NCBI GenBank assembly: GCA_037441475.1
Contig: JBBISB010000002.1
Location: 66,020-98,019 of the forward strand
From: Candidatus Iainarchaeum sp.
GTDB lineage: Archaea > Iainarchaeota > Iainarchaeia > Iainarchaeales > CSSED10-239
DNA: 32,000 bases
Direction of reading: 5' to 3'
The notes beneath the pieces are model-generated. The model was not told the origin of the DNA and did not search any database. It was given only the letters and a program-made list of their open reading frames with translations. The position numbers and the translations under genes were made by a program. Below, one piece after another: positions 29,691 through 32,000 of the stretch (positions are counted from its first letter, which is position 1; each line of letters begins with the position of its first letter).

Positions 29691-29997
29691 GAAAATCACT
29701 CTTTTTAAAAAAAACTATATTATTAAAAAAACTCTTTCTACATATGTAACTTAAACATTTAATCTACTTAAAAAAATTTAATCTACTTAAAAAAAAGGTG
29801 ACTTCTACATATATTTTAAAAAAACGAAGATATGTTTAAATAACATTATTATAGTATATATTAATTACAAATAAATAATCTAAAATAAAGGATAAAAAAT
29901 CTACTTCTAAATTTAAAATACACTATTTTTTTAAAAAAATACACACTATTTCTTTTTTTAAAAAAAAATTAATAACATATAAATAAGGTAGCTACAT

Positions 29998-31179
29998 ATG
30001 AGCCAGGATAATAATAGAACTATATACGATTTTATAACAAAAGAAGAGTATGAAAAAATAAAAATATTTTCAAAAAATAAAGAAACTCCTTTTTTAATAA
30101 TTAATCTTGAAAAAATAGAAGAAAAATATCAAGAACTAAAAGAAAACATGCCTTACGCAAAGATATATTATGCAGTAAAAGCAAACCCAAACATTGAAAT
30201 ATTAAGATTACTTGCAAAAAAAGGATCATCTTTTGATGTCGCTAGTATTTATGAACTTGATTTAATACTTTCTTTAGGAGTTTCTCCAGAAAGAATAAGT
30301 TATGGAAATACCATTAAAAAAGAAAAAGATATTAAGTATGCTTATGAAAAAGGAGTTAGATTATTTGTAACAGACTCAAGACAAGATCTTAAAAAAATAT
30401 CAATAAATGCCCCAAATTCAAAAGTATTTTTCAGAATAATAACAGAAGGAGGAGACTCTGATTGGCCATTATCAAGAAAATTTGGAGCCACACCAGATGT
30501 TATTTATCACCTTGTAATTGAATCAAAAACATTAGGTTTAATCCCTTACGGAATATCTTTCCATGTAGGTTCACAACAAAGAGATATTTCTCAATGGGAC
30601 CAAGCAATTTCTCAAGTAAAATATTTATTTGATTCCTTAAGAGAAGAAGGAATTAAATTAAAACTTATAAACCTGGGAGGTGGTTTTCCTGCAAATTATC
30701 TAAGACCAACTCAAGAAATAACAACATACACAAAAGAAATTACCAGAAGATTAAAAGAAGACTTTAAAGATAACTTTCCAGACATAATTATAGAACCAGG
30801 AAGATCATTAGTTGCAAATTCAGGAGTAATAGTTACAGAAATTGTACTTTCTTCTAAAAAATCAATGTTAAATCAATACGAATGGATGTACCTTGATTGT
30901 GGAGTATATAGTGGTCTTACAGAGACAATTAATGAATCTATAAGATATCCTATATTTCCAGAAAAACAAGAAGTTAGTGAAAATAAAAAACAGGTTATAC
31001 TTGCTGGACCAACTTGTGATAGTTTTGATTTAATGTATATTGAACATAAATACACTTTTTCTGTAGATATTAAAGATGGGGATAAATTATATATTCTTAC
31101 AACAGGAGCATATACAGATAATACAAGTTCAGTTGGGTTTAATGGATTTCCTCCATTAAAAACTTATATTTTAAAATAA
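29998..31179 (+). CDS. Fold-type III PLP decarboxylase (Orn/Lys/DAP/Arg decarboxylase family 2), ornithine decarboxylase-like
   Basis: 393 aa; KIYYAVKANPNIEIL (PLP Lys), GISFHVGSQQRD, INLGGGFPA, IIEPGRSLVA, ILAGPTCDSFDLM. Confidence 0.92.
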   Translation: MSQDNNRTIYDFITKEEYEKIKIFSKNKETPFLIINLEKIEEKYQELKENMPYAKIYYAVKANPNIEILRLLAKKGSSFDVASIYELDLILSLGVSPERISYGNTIKKEKDIKYAYEKGVRLFVTDSRQDLKKISINAPNSKVFFRIITEGGDSDWPLSRKFGATPDVIYHLVIESKTLGLIPYGISFHVGSQQRDISQWDQAISQVKYLFDSLREEGIKLKLINLGGGFPANYLRPTQEITTYTKEITRRLKEDFKDNFPDIIIEPGRSLVANSGVIVTEIVLSSKKSMLNQYEWMYLDCGVYSGLTETINESIRYPIFPEKQEVSENKKQVILAGPTCDSFDLMYIEHKYTFSVDIKDGDKLYILTTGAYTDNTSSVGFNGFPPLKTYILK

Positions 31180-31207
31180 GCTTTTTTTTTAATTTTTTAA
31201 AAAAACG

Positions 31208-31228
31208 CTCTTTTTTAAAAAAAGAGAG
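31208..31228 (+). terminator. Possible hairpin terminator-like element after the decarboxylase gene
   Basis: CTCTTTTTTAAAAAAAGAG-type palindrome about 30 nt past the stop; archaeal termination does not require it. Confidence 0.3.
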
Positions 31229-31235
31229 AGTATTT

Positions 31236-31442
31236 TTATTTAAACATCTTAACACATGGTACAATAGCTAAAAGTAAAAAGACTATTAAGTAAACATACC
31301 ATTCAAGAGATAAGATAGCAGGCCATAACTTTGCAAGCATTAAAGTAAAGAAAAGAACACTTAATTTTACTAAAGCAATATCAGTCCATTTCATTTTTTT
31401 TATTTTTTTATTTAACATTTCAAGACACATAAAATAGATCAC
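31236..31442 (-). CDS. Small membrane protein, two predicted TM helices
   Basis: 68 aa; TDIALVKLSVLFFTLMLAKLWPAILS, WYVYLIVFLLLAIVPCV. Confidence 0.55.
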   Translation of the reverse strand: MIYFMCLEMLNKKIKKMKWTDIALVKLSVLFFTLMLAKLWPAILSLEWYVYLIVFLLLAIVPCVKMFK

Positions 31443-31687
31443 CTCTTTTTATAATTAAAGAAAAAGACGGTTATATTTTTAAAGGTATTTTTTAGAAAAA
31501 GAATTACTTAAAATTTTTAAAAAGACTATTTTTTCAAAATAAACTGAAATATCAAATGAGGTTTTGTAAATATTAAGGTTATCATAGTGCATATTTATTT
31601 TAATTTTTTTATTTACTTCTATTTATTTTTCAAGAAGTCGGTCGTGCGCTGCACTCCTGACTAATTTGGAGCTACAAGACCAACTTT

Positions 31688-31710
31688 CAAGATGTCCGCT
31701 GGACATCTTG
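31688..31710. repeat. Perfect inverted repeat, 10-bp stem, 3-nt loop
   Basis: CAAGATGTCC-GCT-GGACATCTTG. Confidence 0.9.
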
Positions 31711-31714
31711 TTCA

Positions 31715-31743
31715 TTTAAAACGAGCATACTGCTCGTTTTAAA
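31715..31743. repeat. Perfect inverted repeat, 13-bp stem, 3-nt loop, 7 bp past the stop codon of the minus-strand Lcl-like gene
   Basis: TTTAAAACGAGCA-TAC-TGCTCGTTTTAAA. Confidence 0.92.
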
Positions 31744-31750
31744 CGTGTGG

Positions 31751-32000
31751 TTAATGGTCGCGAACACAACGTACCTTAAGATAATCTTCTAAATAATCTG
31801 CATAAATTAAAACCTCCCCATTTGGATCAAAACGATATATTAATGAACTATTAAATTCATCACTTGTCCAATACGGTTCCAATCCACTAACTAAATTACT
31901 CCAACCAGTTATTTTATTTTGAATATTACTGTTCATGCAGGCAGCTGATTTTTCTTGAAGAGGACAAGCTTCCCAAATTGACATCAGCTGAGATGCACTT
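31751..32000 (-). CDS. C-terminal part of an Lcl/DUF1566-like (C-type lectin-like fold) protein; upstream part is outside the window
   Basis: Open frame to edge: SASQLMSIWEACPLQEKSAACMNSNIQNKITGWSNLVSGLEPYWTSDEFNSSLIYRFDPNGEVLIYADYLEDYLKVRCVRDH*; YW(S/T)S-E...G-V...VRCVR signature. Confidence 0.7.
   Translation of the reverse strand, partial: SASQLMSIWEACPLQEKSAACMNSNIQNKITGWSNLVSGLEPYWTSDEFNSSLIYRFDPNGEVLIYADYLEDYLKVRCVRDH

Noticed and set aside
28200-32000. DGR reverse transcriptase or template repeat inside the window
   Set aside because: No RT-like ORF and no near-copy of the Lcl-like 3' region seen; the DGR idea therefore stays a hypothesis.
1-32000. CRISPR array, restriction-modification or retron/defence island
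   Set aside because: No regularly spaced direct repeats with unique spacers, no Cas, restriction endonuclease or RT genes seen; the two phased repeats found are too short. The DUF4143 ATPase alone is not enough to claim defence function.

Overview
AT-rich archaeal-looking window, probably DPANN/Woesearchaeota-like. The lineage is inferred from an archaeal/eukaryal-type LeuRS, a Bud23-like methyltransferase, COG1361-type exported proteins and Cys-rich surface proteins; no database was searched. Main content: a RelA/SpoT-like (p)ppGpp synthetase with a TGS start running off the left edge (absent from the ORF track), leuS, two tandem SAM-methyltransferase-like paralogs, two related membrane-anchored proteins (one with 55-aa tandem repeats), a Bud23-like methyltransferase, an MscS channel, a MacB/FtsX-like ABC transporter operon, tRNA-Thr(UGU), a 2H phosphoesterase, a ZIP transporter, a YgjP-like metallopeptidase, a class II photolyase, a full-length bacterial-style DisA, a DUF4143-type ATPase, a surface-protein cluster, a HAD hydrolase, an Orn/Lys/DAP decarboxylase-like enzyme, and at the right edge the C-terminus of an Lcl/DUF1566-like (C-type-lectin-like) protein followed by two perfect hairpins. 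Most interesting leads: (1) co-occurrence of RSH and DisA in an archaeal context; (2) a possible diversity-generating-retroelement-type target at the right edge, with no reverse transcriptase seen in the window; (3) five genes interrupted by in-frame TAA codons (three codons in two genes) or single frameshifts (three genes) while coding resumes cleanly, which could be decay, consensus error or recoding; (4) a 165-bp/55-aa repeat protein; (5) a partial copy of the tRNA-Thr 3' end about 0.9 kb downstream that may mark an integrated segment.
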